Positions 1-9,563 of a stretch of DNA of 64,000 bases are shown piece by piece (the first letter of the stretch is position 1; each line of letters begins with the position of its first letter). The DNA is taken from NCBI GenBank assembly GCA_046314385.1, contig JBKBWZ010000004.1, positions 997 through 64,996 on the forward strand, read 5' to 3'. The notes below the pieces were generated by a model that saw only the letters and a list, made by a program, of their open reading frames with translations, was not told where the DNA came from and did no database searches. Position numbers and translations under genes: made by a program. Source of the stretch: Alphaproteobacteria bacterium. Its GTDB lineage: Bacteria > Pseudomonadota > Alphaproteobacteria > Micavibrionales > UBA2020.

Positions 1-1
1 C

Positions 2-319
2 GGAGTAGGTGTGATTATTGACAGTGCTGCCACTGACTCACAAACCGATGGAGAGGACATAAGCGAAAGCGTCGCTCCCGCTTCAACGTCTCCTGTGAAT
101 AATGGAGGGGCGAAGCCGCCGTCTGCGCTGGGTCAAACAAAGCCGTCCGTCAATATAGACGGCGAAAGCGACACTATACCGGTGCGCTTAAAAGGAGGAC
201 GAAAAGCGTACTTGGTAGTGCCATATCCATTTTATGAAGCTGACCGCGATCAGATCATTCGAGCCCTGAATACCGTCGTAACTGATGACGAAAGCGAAGA
301 GATGGATGAAAAAGAATAA
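2..319 (+). CDS. 3' end of a CDS entering from the left window edge; hypothetical protein with an acidic C-terminus
   Basis: The frame is open from base 2 to TAA at 317-319. I recognise no motif. A hairpin plus T-run follows. Confidence 0.4.
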   Translation, partial: GVGVIIDSAATDSQTDGEDISESVAPASTSPVNNGGAKPPSALGQTKPSVNIDGESDTIPVRLKGGRKAYLVVPYPFYEADRDQIIRALNTVVTDDESEEMDEKE

Positions 320-346
320 GGCCTCCACCAGGGAGACCTTAAACAT

Positions 347-371
347 AGGGCGGAAACCCACCCTGCTTTTT
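347..371 (+). terminator. Possible intrinsic terminator
   Basis: GGGCGG-AAAC-CCACCC stem with one mismatch, followed by TGCTTTTT. Confidence 0.4.
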
Positions 372-465
372 GACGATTTCAGGATAGTGGGCCCTCAATC
401 TAAAGTCAAGTACCCGACGTTTCCTTGGGAGCTTGAGCAACTATGTGCTTAGGAGGCACAACCAC

Positions 466-954
466 ATGACTGAAGTAACTTCTAAAATCAGGCTGAAAAC
501 GGGGAACTTTGAAATCGAGTATGAAGGAAACATCACCGATTTTAAGACGCACCTGACGGAGATCTTGGAGACGGTTTCGGGCTACTTGCCCGCGGCGGCG
601 GCCTCGACACAACAAGCTCCTATCGGCACTGCAAACAATGTTGTTCCCTTTGCGAGCGGCCAGCTCGAAGCCACCACTAACACAATCGCGTCGAAGCTGG
701 GGTGCAACAATGGGGTTGACCTCATCAAGGCAGCCGCGCTGCAATTGACCCTCGTTCAGGGTAAGTCAAAGTTCACCCGCCAGGAACTTATTGATGAGAT
801 GAAGACGAGCTCTTATCACAAAAGCTCATATATCAGCAATCTGACTTCATATCTGAAGACGCTGCTGAGCAATGGGCTCTTGAACGAGAGCCAAAAAGAT
901 ACCTACTCTGTGAATCCCTCGCAGCTTCAGCAACTGCAGTTACAGGTGGCTTAA
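466..954 (+). CDS. Hypothetical protein, possible C-terminal winged-helix-like region
   Basis: ATG at 466 lies 8 nt after AGGAGG. The track start at 433 lacks an RBS. No catalytic motif was recognised. Confidence 0.55.
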   Translation: MTEVTSKIRLKTGNFEIEYEGNITDFKTHLTEILETVSGYLPAAAASTQQAPIGTANNVVPFASGQLEATTNTIASKLGCNNGVDLIKAAALQLTLVQGKSKFTRQELIDEMKTSSYHKSSYISNLTSYLKTLLSNGLLNESQKDTYSVNPSQLQQLQLQVA

Positions 955-961
955 AGAGAAT

Positions 962-983
962 GGCCACCCCTATGGGGGTGGCC
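962..983. terminator. 9-bp GC-rich hairpin between convergent genes; terminator-like but without a clean U-tract
   Basis: GGCCACCCC-TATG-GGGGTGGCC sits directly after the stop at 954. Confidence 0.35.
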
Positions 984-1143
984 ACCCTCTGGCTTAAAGA
1001 TTATAGACATGAAAAAAGATGATCTAATAAAGATAACTGAGCAATATCATTATCAACTCGTCGCATGTAAGAACACCTCGCGATCTCCATACACGCTCCA
1101 TTCGTAGAGAAAGTCGAGTGCTTTTGTCCAGATCTACGCATTA

Positions 1144-1968
1144 TCAGCCTGGGCAATCAGCTTTTTCGATTATATCTTTTTCCACCTTTTCAACCCCTTT
1201 AGGAGAAAGATACACAATCTCGTCACTCTCATTATATTCAATCAATTTTTCTCTATGTAGCGGCCTCAGTACATCACGTCGAAAGTTCGATATATGAGAA
1301 TGTTCAATCCAATCAAATAACTCCTCTGCTAATGCAGAACTCTCCGGCGATGAATATAATAGTAAGAGGACTTTCTTCTTCATACTCATATCCGGTTCAA
1401 GCACGCGATGTCTGCCATCTATCGCCCAAATAAATGGAAGAGTTTTGGCAGCAAGGGAATCTAAAAGGCTTTGCGCGTCTTCAATGGGCAAATTGTGATA
1501 GGTCCGTAAAAGTTCACACATGACCCAATCGCTAACCCTCACAATTGTAGCCATATCTATTGAATTCGCTTCAACATCACCCCCAACATGGCCAATCCCC
1601 CGCTTTCCTCTCATCGTGTATAAAAAAACGAGAGCTCTAGGAATGATGATTCGAAGGCTTTCAGGAACGCTTGGGGCATTTGCTTGGATAATAACCCTGC
1701 ATGCATCTGGGAAATTCGGAATATGCGTTCCAAAAGGTACATTATTTCCGGAGGTCACATGCTGTAAAAGACGAATTACGCTTTCACAAAACTTACCAAC
1801 GCTAATCCCAACAGAGTCCATCTCATTTGAATAAGATGCTTCAATCTGTCGTTTCTTAATTTCTTGGTAAGCGTTTATAATTTGACTGCGATACTTTGCA
1901 GGCACATTCGCTAAAGCTTGTTCAAGTAGACTATTTTGCGTCGACATACTCATACTGGCCTTTGTCAT
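1144..1968 (-). CDS. Hypothetical protein with a possible HEPN-like R-x6-H motif; downstream partner of a two-gene module
   Basis: 274-aa ORF. The motif TMRGKRGIGHVGGD fits the Rx4-6H spacing of HEPN/Abi-type domains at weak, motif-only level. It overlaps the upstream gene by up to 38 nt. Alternative Met starts are at 1953 and 1947. Confidence 0.55.
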   Translation of the reverse strand: MTKASMSMSTQNSLLEQALANVPAKYRSQIINAYQEIKKRQIEASYSNEMDSVGISVGKFCESVIRLLQHVTSGNNVPFGTHIPNFPDACRVIIQANAPSVPESLRIIIPRALVFLYTMRGKRGIGHVGGDVEANSIDMATIVRVSDWVMCELLRTYHNLPIEDAQSLLDSLAAKTLPFIWAIDGRHRVLEPDMSMKKKVLLLLYSSPESSALAEELFDWIEHSHISNFRRDVLRPLHREKLIEYNESDEIVYLSPKGVEKVEKDIIEKADCPG

Positions 1969-2773
1969 TCTGTTCCCGCTTTAATAATCTATTATGAACC
2001 GCCCGTCGAAGGGGGGTTGATAGCTCTTGCAAAATATATTTATGCGCAAGTTTTTTTTCACAGTGGTTTTGGATATCCGAAATTGAGCGTGGCTGAGAAA
2101 AAAAACCCTCCTCAGAAAGCATAGATAGCATCGCGCCCGGTCCCGGCCGCCCACTCTTCTTTTTTTGAGAGCCTTTTTTCTCGTGCGCAACAGGTGAAGA
2201 CGTAGAAGTCTTTGGAGAGGCTGGCTTATTTTTTCCAACGGGCTTTTTAAAAATTTTAGAGGGTTTATTTCTCACAGATGAGAAATTTCCTGCATCCAAA
2301 TAATCTTCCCCAGGCTGCATTAAGCGATATATAATTCCTTTTGATGTAGAACTTCTATCTACTTTATCACCCGCATCATCTAGTGCTTGCGTTACAGCTT
2401 GGCGCGTGGTCCTCACTCTAAATTTATCTGTTAACACCATCGCAATTTGACTTGCTCCAAGTCCATCCACATCGTAGTCGCTAGCAGCACGCAACAAGAA
2501 AAGAGATCGTTCCAACACCCTTGGGGCACTCATGACCTGTGGATAAGCTGTTCGATTAAGTTGTTTTAATAAAATTGCCACAGCATCTTGATTGACCTTA
2601 TCTTCTCTTGACAGAGCGTCTGATCGCCTTGCTGCTTTGCGTTCATCAGTATTTGAAGATGACCCTTTTAAAAGTGAGTCGAGCGCGCGATTAAAGGCTG
2701 CTTCGCGTAAATCCTTTGGAACCAATTCCGCAATTTCTGCCGCTTGCTTAATAGCATCTTTAATGTCAGTCAT
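1931..2773 (-). CDS. Hypothetical protein with a Lys/Ser-rich central linker and wHTH-like segments
   Basis: 280-aa ORF. The low-complexity linker KPSKIFKKPVGKNKPASPKTSTSS..KKGSQKKKSGRPGPG separates two globular parts. The gene is overlapped by the next gene. Confidence 0.55.
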   Translation of the reverse strand: MTDIKDAIKQAAEIAELVPKDLREAAFNRALDSLLKGSSSNTDERKAARRSDALSREDKVNQDAVAILLKQLNRTAYPQVMSAPRVLERSLFLLRAASDYDVDGLGASQIAMVLTDKFRVRTTRQAVTQALDDAGDKVDRSSTSKGIIYRLMQPGEDYLDAGNFSSVRNKPSKIFKKPVGKNKPASPKTSTSSPVAHEKKGSQKKKSGRPGPGAMLSMLSEEGFFSQPRSISDIQNHCEKKLAHKYILQELSTPLRRAVHNRLLKREQNDKGQYEYVDAK

Positions 2774-3071
2774 AAGCTCTCCCAGTTTTCAAATGGCAAA
2801 ATTAAATAGCATTTATGTAGGCCACGAATATAACATAAATGCCATAATATTCAAGCCGTCCATTATTTTCCACAATTTAACGTTATCAGACAGCTTCTAA
2901 TTTCCAGGCTCTACAGAACGCAGGGCATGCAAAAAACTCTTAAGCTAACTCTCAGTATTGAAACCTATCCTGCAGATCTTTTCGATTTACGCTCGACTAA
3001 GACGATTTTTTAATATCCCGCTGAACCAGCATTACATCCGCTGCCTTATTGGTTCCTGAAAAAATAAGTTA

Positions 3072-6000
3072 TTATTTATCACGAAGAAAACGGCTGGCAT
3101 ACAAAGTACACAATTCTCCGCTGTGTTTTAAAAGATATACGCGTGTGTAGTTTCGATCAAAATATTCGATGTTGTCTTTTTTTCCATCTTCACGGCGAAT
3201 CTCCACTTGAATAATAAGGTCCTGTTTGAGTCTTTGTAGGTTGTCCAACAGGCGACTGGTGTTTGCTATTAACCGCTCCCCATAATTTGCCGCTTGTTCG
3301 TGCCTATGTTCCCGGCGATCTCCCCACACTTGGGAGAACAAAACAGGAGACCCGCCCTGTCTCCAGATACGCTGATCTAGATCCAGTTTTAGCCTGAGTA
3401 AACGGCGTGTTCTTTTAGAGGGCTGTAATCCCGGCCAGGAAACCTTACCTGACAAGAGATCAAGCTTATCAAGCCCAGCCTCATTCTGCCGATCGCTAGC
3501 CCACCCATACATTTTATGCTCATTGGACCTAAATTCTTCATCATCATCAGGAACAAAGTAATCGTAGTGATTTATTGAGGTCTGCAATCTCTTTAATAAA
3601 TCAACAGACCCAGAAGGCGAAATGGCCGCAGAACTGATAGATATATTCTCGACTAAGCTTCCTTCTGACACATTCCATGAACCCCGAAGAACCATATCAT
3701 TCTCTAGGCTGCCTCCAATGAATAGTGCGTCATCAAAATCAGCCGGGATAATTTGCCACTTCCATTCCTGGTATGCTTCATTATTCATTGTTTCTTTTTG
3801 CCAGCGCCTATTCTCCAGAGGAATAGCATCCCTCCTATCTGCAAGCCAAAATCCATCTTCTCTGGTTAATAAATGCCCCCTGAGCCACTTAGCCCAGCTT
3901 TGCTGCCAAGTCTCTAGTACCGCTGTAGGCTTGGTAGCAAGAAGGCCAGCAGCTACTGAGAATATAGCGTGATAGCTGAGATAGAATGAAAGAGTGTCTA
4001 CCCCGGGATAGGCTCCACCATTGCACATGGTGTTTTCACCTTCATAATTCCCACGCAATTTACGTGGATCTTCATTCCATTTCCCCGTAGTTTTATTCTT
4101 TCCCTCTTTTATAGCCCAGTCTGATATAGGCTGCGCTATTTCTTCATATGAGAGATTGAATGCAGTAGACAAGGGCCCAATCCAATATCGATCAAAGTCG
4201 TGGGGAAAATAAAATTCAGTAGCTCGCCACGCATTCATATTCCACCCCGTTGGCTTTTTTCGTGGTTCCGGCGTGAACTGGCTAACATTAACCTCTTTTA
4301 AAAGGCTGATATCACCAGCAGAGATTATATCTGGGTATGCTTGGCCGATCGCTAAGGCTGCTTGTGCTGCAAATTCTTGGATTAGGGCATGATGAGGGGG
4401 TTTTAAAGACCATTGCAGAAACATATTGGTATGGGCCACCAAGGAATCAGGAACTTCTTTGGCGGCCCTTGCTAATGCAACCATTAAATACAGGCGGGAA
4501 TGCCAGCAGTAGAAGGGAAGTGTTTTGTCTGTAAACGCAGGCAGGACTTCTATGTCCATTAAGTTGATAAGCTCCGCAACAACACCTGAAGCCTTTAAGC
4601 GGCATAAATGAACCACACAATGTGCAGCTTGCCACCTTAGCTTTGCTCTAGGGTTAGCCAGCAGAACGTAAATAAAGGCAGCAACAGCGCTATCCATGTC
4701 TTTTGGTGGAACAAGGTCTTTATGCCATGGCCCATCAGCGTCTGTATCTCTGACCTCTATATCTACCCTTCCGAGGGCATATTCGAGGGCGTCGACTGCA
4801 TCTTGAGGCGTTAGTATTCGTGAAATTTTATGGGCAGCAACAAATAAATTTGAAGCATTCAGTTTTTCTACGTTATTTGCTAACCCCTTAAGCAATGAGG
4901 CCATTAACGCCTCATTACCAATTGAACCCAGAGTGCCCATCTTTTCCAGGTCTTTTTCCAAGCTGTATATACTTCTACAAAAAGCCTGAATCCTGCTTTC
5001 TATTAACTCAAGGCAAACAGCCCGTAGTCCATTCTGTACAGATACCCTGTTACGCCATGAAACCTTTGCGTCTTCTAGCGCACTAATAGTGTTCCAAAGC
5101 TCCAGCTCCGAAGAACTGGCAAGAGCCCTTAGGTGGAAGACCTCCTGATCTCGCGGAACCTGTGCAAGCATCCGGTTAAACAGCTCCTGAATAGGCCCGT
5201 ATGGCTTGGATTTCTTAACCTCACGAACTGCAGCATCAATCTCTGCTGTATTAGTAAAGGTCTTACTGCCAATAATCCCTCCCCAGTCAACAACCGGAGG
5301 TTCTTTATCCGCAGACAGATAATCATCGTTGCTGTGGCGCTCTCTAGAACCCTTTTCTTTATGGAGGCCTATAATCTCCTGAAGAGTTTTATGTGAGAGG
5401 ACATATTTATCCGCTATGACTTGTAGCTCTGAGGCCTCCTCCCATTTTCCATGAATACTTATATCCCTAACCAGATGCTGAAACATATATTCTTTCTGTT
5501 TTGCCTTGTGTAACAAGGCATCAGAAAACTCCCCTATGCCCCATCTTCCCTTAAAGGACAATAAAGAGAATGCAGCCTCTGGCGAAATCAAATCATTTTT
5601 TAACAAGAACGAGGTAAGAGATGGCAGCATTTCTCTTATCCAGCCTTTGTCCCGATCAAGCCAACGGCTTAATACCGCAAAACCTGATACAGGACAAATC
5701 TTTGCAATATTGCAGATCACCGTGTCCCAAGGAAAGTGATCAGGAACATGCTCACTCACTACCTCGGCTGCCCTAGCATATTTATACGCAAGTTCAGGAT
5801 TCGACCCCGATACCTCCCCTGCAATTACAGCCAGGTTTGTAATACTCTCCCATCGGTTTATAAGCTCATCTCCAAAGCGATTAACTATCTCCAAGGCATC
5901 ACCGAAATATGCAGCAGCCTCATTTCTGCTCAAGGCCAGCATGGCCCTTGCCAAATCTGTATAGCATTCAGCTCTTTGTGTCGCATCCCCCCTATATTCA

Positions 6001-9000
6001 TCGCTGTCATCTTTTACGCACTTTGCAAAATCATAGGCCTTCTCATGTGCGGGGGTATAGCGTGCCATTGTTCTGGTCATGGCTGTTTTTCGTGGAATAA
6101 AAATAAAAACCTTTGTTTCCCTGAGCCATACCTCCAGCTGATTTATAGTGCCTGTATTCGCCGTTTGGGAGCGAACCAGGATATCCAGCCACAAAGGAGC
6201 GATTTCATTCACTACGCGTGTTTCCGGGTGACCATATCCACGATAATTTTTTGTAAGGGCGAGTATCCTGTCGACTTCATCCTGTACGGGCACATTGTCT
6301 TGCGTGATTATTCTTGCTCTTAGTATGTACCAATGAAGCAGTGTTCCGATGACCTCTTTAAACTCCCTGAAATCTGAATTATGCCCCCTCTGATTTTCAG
6401 GGATTTCCTTTATTTTGTCCGGGGCAATATCAAGTAGCTGTATCTCCTTCCCTTCAAGGGCCGCCTTAAGGCAGTTAAATCTGAGGATGGCATCCCGATC
6501 CCTACTGTGATCAGATGAATAACCGTACTGGGGAATTTCTGGCATATACCTGTCAAGGAGACTTAACAGGGGTTTCTTGAAGGTCTTTATTTGTGCTCCA
6601 GCCTCTATGAGCGCTATAATTCCGTCCAGAATATTATCTGGATGGAAAGAATCTTTTTCCCGCTCGATTTTCTTTGTCTTGAAGAGCAAGGATAGGGCTT
6701 CCTGTATGGCTGTCTCAGGCGGGATACGGGATATTTTTCCGACTTCATTGGCAAGCGCGAGGGAGAGATAAAGGCTTTTCTTAGACGCCAAAGCGGCAAT
6801 TTGGTCTACCAAATCAAAATGGCCGGCGTCTATCAGGCGAGATATTACAGGCGAGCCCACTTGAAAAGAGACCGGCTTGTAAGTCCAGCGCAGCAGATAC
6901 GCCATCATCTCTTTCGGGCCATGCAACATAAGATGGGCAAGTGCCATTGCAGACCTGTCGTGCGTGTCAATCGGCTGTGCTTTTTTCTCTTCCTGAGAAA
7001 GGTCAGCCCAGTGATTAAGCCATTCCTCGGCACAACGAAGCATGTTGCGGGCCTCTCCCTGACATGTCTCATCTCCCGCCAAAATGGGTGCTCCATAGGC
7101 AAATCCTGACCCCATCCATTCGCCAGCGTGATGCCTGAAAACTATTTCCTGAGCTCTCTTGGCACCAAAAAGGGTCGCAACCAAATCATGATTATCAAGA
7201 AGAATATCTATCTCACGGCTATTCCCTGCGGCCTCTTCCCCAGCTCTTATTGCAAGTTTTACCGCGTCTAGATATAGGTTTTCCTTTACTGCTGCTTTTA
7301 ATGCAAAGTGGACTCGTCGCATTACAATGCGCCGTTTTTCTATCGGATTATCTGTAGGCAATGCCTCATCTCCCGAGGCAAGTGACATCAGCTTTCCAAT
7401 CTGTCCTGCCTGCCAGAGTAGTTCGGGCAAGGCCATGGCTACATATGGATCTGATTTTTGTGGCTCTAGCGCATTAACCAGCTGGAGATATTGTGCTGGC
7501 TTTGCAAAATTGTCACGGAACCACGTGTCTACCGGCTCATCCCGGAAATGAAGGGCGCCATCCAGCTCCATTAAGTAGCGGCCTATGTCCGAGATAAAGC
7601 TGCGAACTAGCGCTTCTGATACATTAGCTGCTTGGGCCAGCGTTTTTATTGGAACCAAGGGAGGCAAGGCAGCGAGCGCAATGCATAAAGTATCTATTTG
7701 CGTTGGTAATGCAGAATCGCCTTTAACTTTCGCGATGGTTTTCTGTAGCTGGTGCGATATTGTGTCTTCCACGCCTAATGGTTTTGGCCCGAAGCTGGAC
7801 ATCATATCCTGCAAAGAGCCTTCTGAAGATAAAGCATTGGCCTGCACCCTCGGGTTGGCACTGGACATACGATGAAACTCCCTAACCGTCTGGTCTGAGG
7901 CTTCAGGATAATGACTTCTCAAAAGCTGCGCGGTTTCCGATAACTCGAAGGGGTGTAATGGTAGCTGTTCAATAAAAGGGGCAGGGTTCAAATGAGAGGT
8001 GACGCGCTCAGTTCTGGAGACAAATACCAAGCGACAATAGGCGGGCACCTGCACATTCAGCAGGTTCTGTGTGAAAGACTGTGAATTAGGGGCCTCTAAC
8101 TCAGCCCCCATTTGAGAGTTATCTGCTGCATCCAGCACTACCAGTACCAAGGCATCTGGCTTAAATTGCCTGATAGTAGCAGCAACTTGTGTCAGACGAT
8201 TCAAGAAAGCGGCAATATACTGTCCCCTATCCGCACTAGCAGAAGGAATCAGGGGATCACACAGCCCCCTGGACGAAAACTCGTTAACTATCTGGACCAA
8301 GCCACGATCATATTTATGCCTTGGATTGCTGGGATCCCTGTATAAACCGCCCGCAAAACCGTCGAAAACAACACTCTCAGATCCATCCGGCATAAGGGCG
8401 GGCAGGCGTAATGCCAAGGTAGATTTCCCCACCCCGCCAGAAGCGTGTATAATTAGTGCAGACTTAGCTTCAATTATTTTTTCCGCAATTTCCCCTTCTT
8501 GAGCACGTGGTATATATTTCTCAGGAAGCTTATATTCCTCTGAAGGCGGGGCAGGACGCAATTGACCTTCGGATACATTGAAAGCTGTAAGGACATCATG
8601 TCGACGCACAGGTTTTTTGTTATCTGTTAGAAGTCCCTTATCTCGAACAAGTTTTTCTAGGTTGAGAGGGGCAATAGTATCATATCCTGGTAGATATTTA
8701 CTGATCTCGCCTTTGAGGGTCCATTCTTGGTCTGGTCGACTGGCCTCGTTTGATTGAAACCTAAATAGACTAGAAAACAGCCTAAATCTGCTATCTGATA
8801 ATTTTGCAGCGGCCTTTAGACTATTTAGGGCGTTTTTCGCATGTCCTGTTTCCTGTCGCCCTTCACAAGCCGCTACCAAAGCTTTTTTGACGTTCTCAGA
8901 AATTGGCCGATTGGTTACAAAGAGATACTCCAGCTTCCCTTGAGTGACAGTTTCGCCATACTTGGTGCATTTTTCCTCAAAGTCTTGCGCAAAAGCCCCA

Positions 9001-9323
9001 AAGGTTTCTGCAATGCCGCTTGCGGGCCAAGGAGTGTGGTAATCGCTGGGAGAATACTTTAGCTGTGCGCGCACAATTTTACGCGCGCCCTCAAAGTCCT
9101 CTCCCCCATAGTATTCCGTGGTATCTGATTTAAGCGTTGCATCTTCCGCCGTGGCAGTATCATGCGGGCTAATCGATTCGACGCCCACAGCCTTCAGATC
9201 CGAAAGAGGGTTCAATAAGATTAAGCATCTTCTTGCCGCCCAAACTACGTGAAAAGCATGGCCTTCGTTGCTTGCTCGAACTTTATCTATGTCACCCTCG
9301 GGTAACGCCATTTTCAAACACAC
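3072..9323 (-). CDS. Giant 2083-aa protein: N-terminal PD-(D/E)xK (Cap4/DUF4297-like) nuclease-type head, P-loop STAND-type NTPase, and a ~1500-aa uncharacterised C-terminal region
   Basis: 6.25-kb uninterrupted ORF in AT-rich DNA. N-terminal pattern is GHAFHVVWAARR..VGVES..D..AQLKYS. Walker A is ASGGVGKST (nt ~8418-8444) and Walker B is LVLVVLDAADN (nt ~8127-8162). An alternative start is MALPEG at 9311. Confidence 0.85.
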   Translation of the reverse strand: MCLKMALPEGDIDKVRASNEGHAFHVVWAARRCLILLNPLSDLKAVGVESISPHDTATAEDATLKSDTTEYYGGEDFEGARKIVRAQLKYSPSDYHTPWPASGIAETFGAFAQDFEEKCTKYGETVTQGKLEYLFVTNRPISENVKKALVAACEGRQETGHAKNALNSLKAAAKLSDSRFRLFSSLFRFQSNEASRPDQEWTLKGEISKYLPGYDTIAPLNLEKLVRDKGLLTDNKKPVRRHDVLTAFNVSEGQLRPAPPSEEYKLPEKYIPRAQEGEIAEKIIEAKSALIIHASGGVGKSTLALRLPALMPDGSESVVFDGFAGGLYRDPSNPRHKYDRGLVQIVNEFSSRGLCDPLIPSASADRGQYIAAFLNRLTQVAATIRQFKPDALVLVVLDAADNSQMGAELEAPNSQSFTQNLLNVQVPAYCRLVFVSRTERVTSHLNPAPFIEQLPLHPFELSETAQLLRSHYPEASDQTVREFHRMSSANPRVQANALSSEGSLQDMMSSFGPKPLGVEDTISHQLQKTIAKVKGDSALPTQIDTLCIALAALPPLVPIKTLAQAANVSEALVRSFISDIGRYLMELDGALHFRDEPVDTWFRDNFAKPAQYLQLVNALEPQKSDPYVAMALPELLWQAGQIGKLMSLASGDEALPTDNPIEKRRIVMRRVHFALKAAVKENLYLDAVKLAIRAGEEAAGNSREIDILLDNHDLVATLFGAKRAQEIVFRHHAGEWMGSGFAYGAPILAGDETCQGEARNMLRCAEEWLNHWADLSQEEKKAQPIDTHDRSAMALAHLMLHGPKEMMAYLLRWTYKPVSFQVGSPVISRLIDAGHFDLVDQIAALASKKSLYLSLALANEVGKISRIPPETAIQEALSLLFKTKKIEREKDSFHPDNILDGIIALIEAGAQIKTFKKPLLSLLDRYMPEIPQYGYSSDHSRDRDAILRFNCLKAALEGKEIQLLDIAPDKIKEIPENQRGHNSDFREFKEVIGTLLHWYILRARIITQDNVPVQDEVDRILALTKNYRGYGHPETRVVNEIAPLWLDILVRSQTANTGTINQLEVWLRETKVFIFIPRKTAMTRTMARYTPAHEKAYDFAKCVKDDSDEYRGDATQRAECYTDLARAMLALSRNEAAAYFGDALEIVNRFGDELINRWESITNLAVIAGEVSGSNPELAYKYARAAEVVSEHVPDHFPWDTVICNIAKICPVSGFAVLSRWLDRDKGWIREMLPSLTSFLLKNDLISPEAAFSLLSFKGRWGIGEFSDALLHKAKQKEYMFQHLVRDISIHGKWEEASELQVIADKYVLSHKTLQEIIGLHKEKGSRERHSNDDYLSADKEPPVVDWGGIIGSKTFTNTAEIDAAVREVKKSKPYGPIQELFNRMLAQVPRDQEVFHLRALASSSELELWNTISALEDAKVSWRNRVSVQNGLRAVCLELIESRIQAFCRSIYSLEKDLEKMGTLGSIGNEALMASLLKGLANNVEKLNASNLFVAAHKISRILTPQDAVDALEYALGRVDIEVRDTDADGPWHKDLVPPKDMDSAVAAFIYVLLANPRAKLRWQAAHCVVHLCRLKASGVVAELINLMDIEVLPAFTDKTLPFYCWHSRLYLMVALARAAKEVPDSLVAHTNMFLQWSLKPPHHALIQEFAAQAALAIGQAYPDIISAGDISLLKEVNVSQFTPEPRKKPTGWNMNAWRATEFYFPHDFDRYWIGPLSTAFNLSYEEIAQPISDWAIKEGKNKTTGKWNEDPRKLRGNYEGENTMCNGGAYPGVDTLSFYLSYHAIFSVAAGLLATKPTAVLETWQQSWAKWLRGHLLTREDGFWLADRRDAIPLENRRWQKETMNNEAYQEWKWQIIPADFDDALFIGGSLENDMVLRGSWNVSEGSLVENISISSAAISPSGSVDLLKRLQTSINHYDYFVPDDDEEFRSNEHKMYGWASDRQNEAGLDKLDLLSGKVSWPGLQPSKRTRRLLRLKLDLDQRIWRQGGSPVLFSQVWGDRREHRHEQAANYGERLIANTSRLLDNLQRLKQDLIIQVEIRREDGKKDNIEYFDRNYTRVYLLKHSGELCTLYASRFLRDK

Positions 9324-9563
9324 TTTTTTGTAAAAAATCCTGGAGAGGATAACATTTTTCGTTTTACCAGTAACTTCACCATTGCAACTTTTAAGTACGC
9401 AATTGGGCTTACGGGCACCACTGCAAAATATCTAAATGACCGCGCCATATTATGAAATAAATGACCTCTATTTTGCACTGCCTGAGTGATAACATACGAT
9501 GTAGAAAGGATCAGATAGAACGCCTTCGGTGTTATGGCTACAGGGCTTCGGAAACATCTGATG

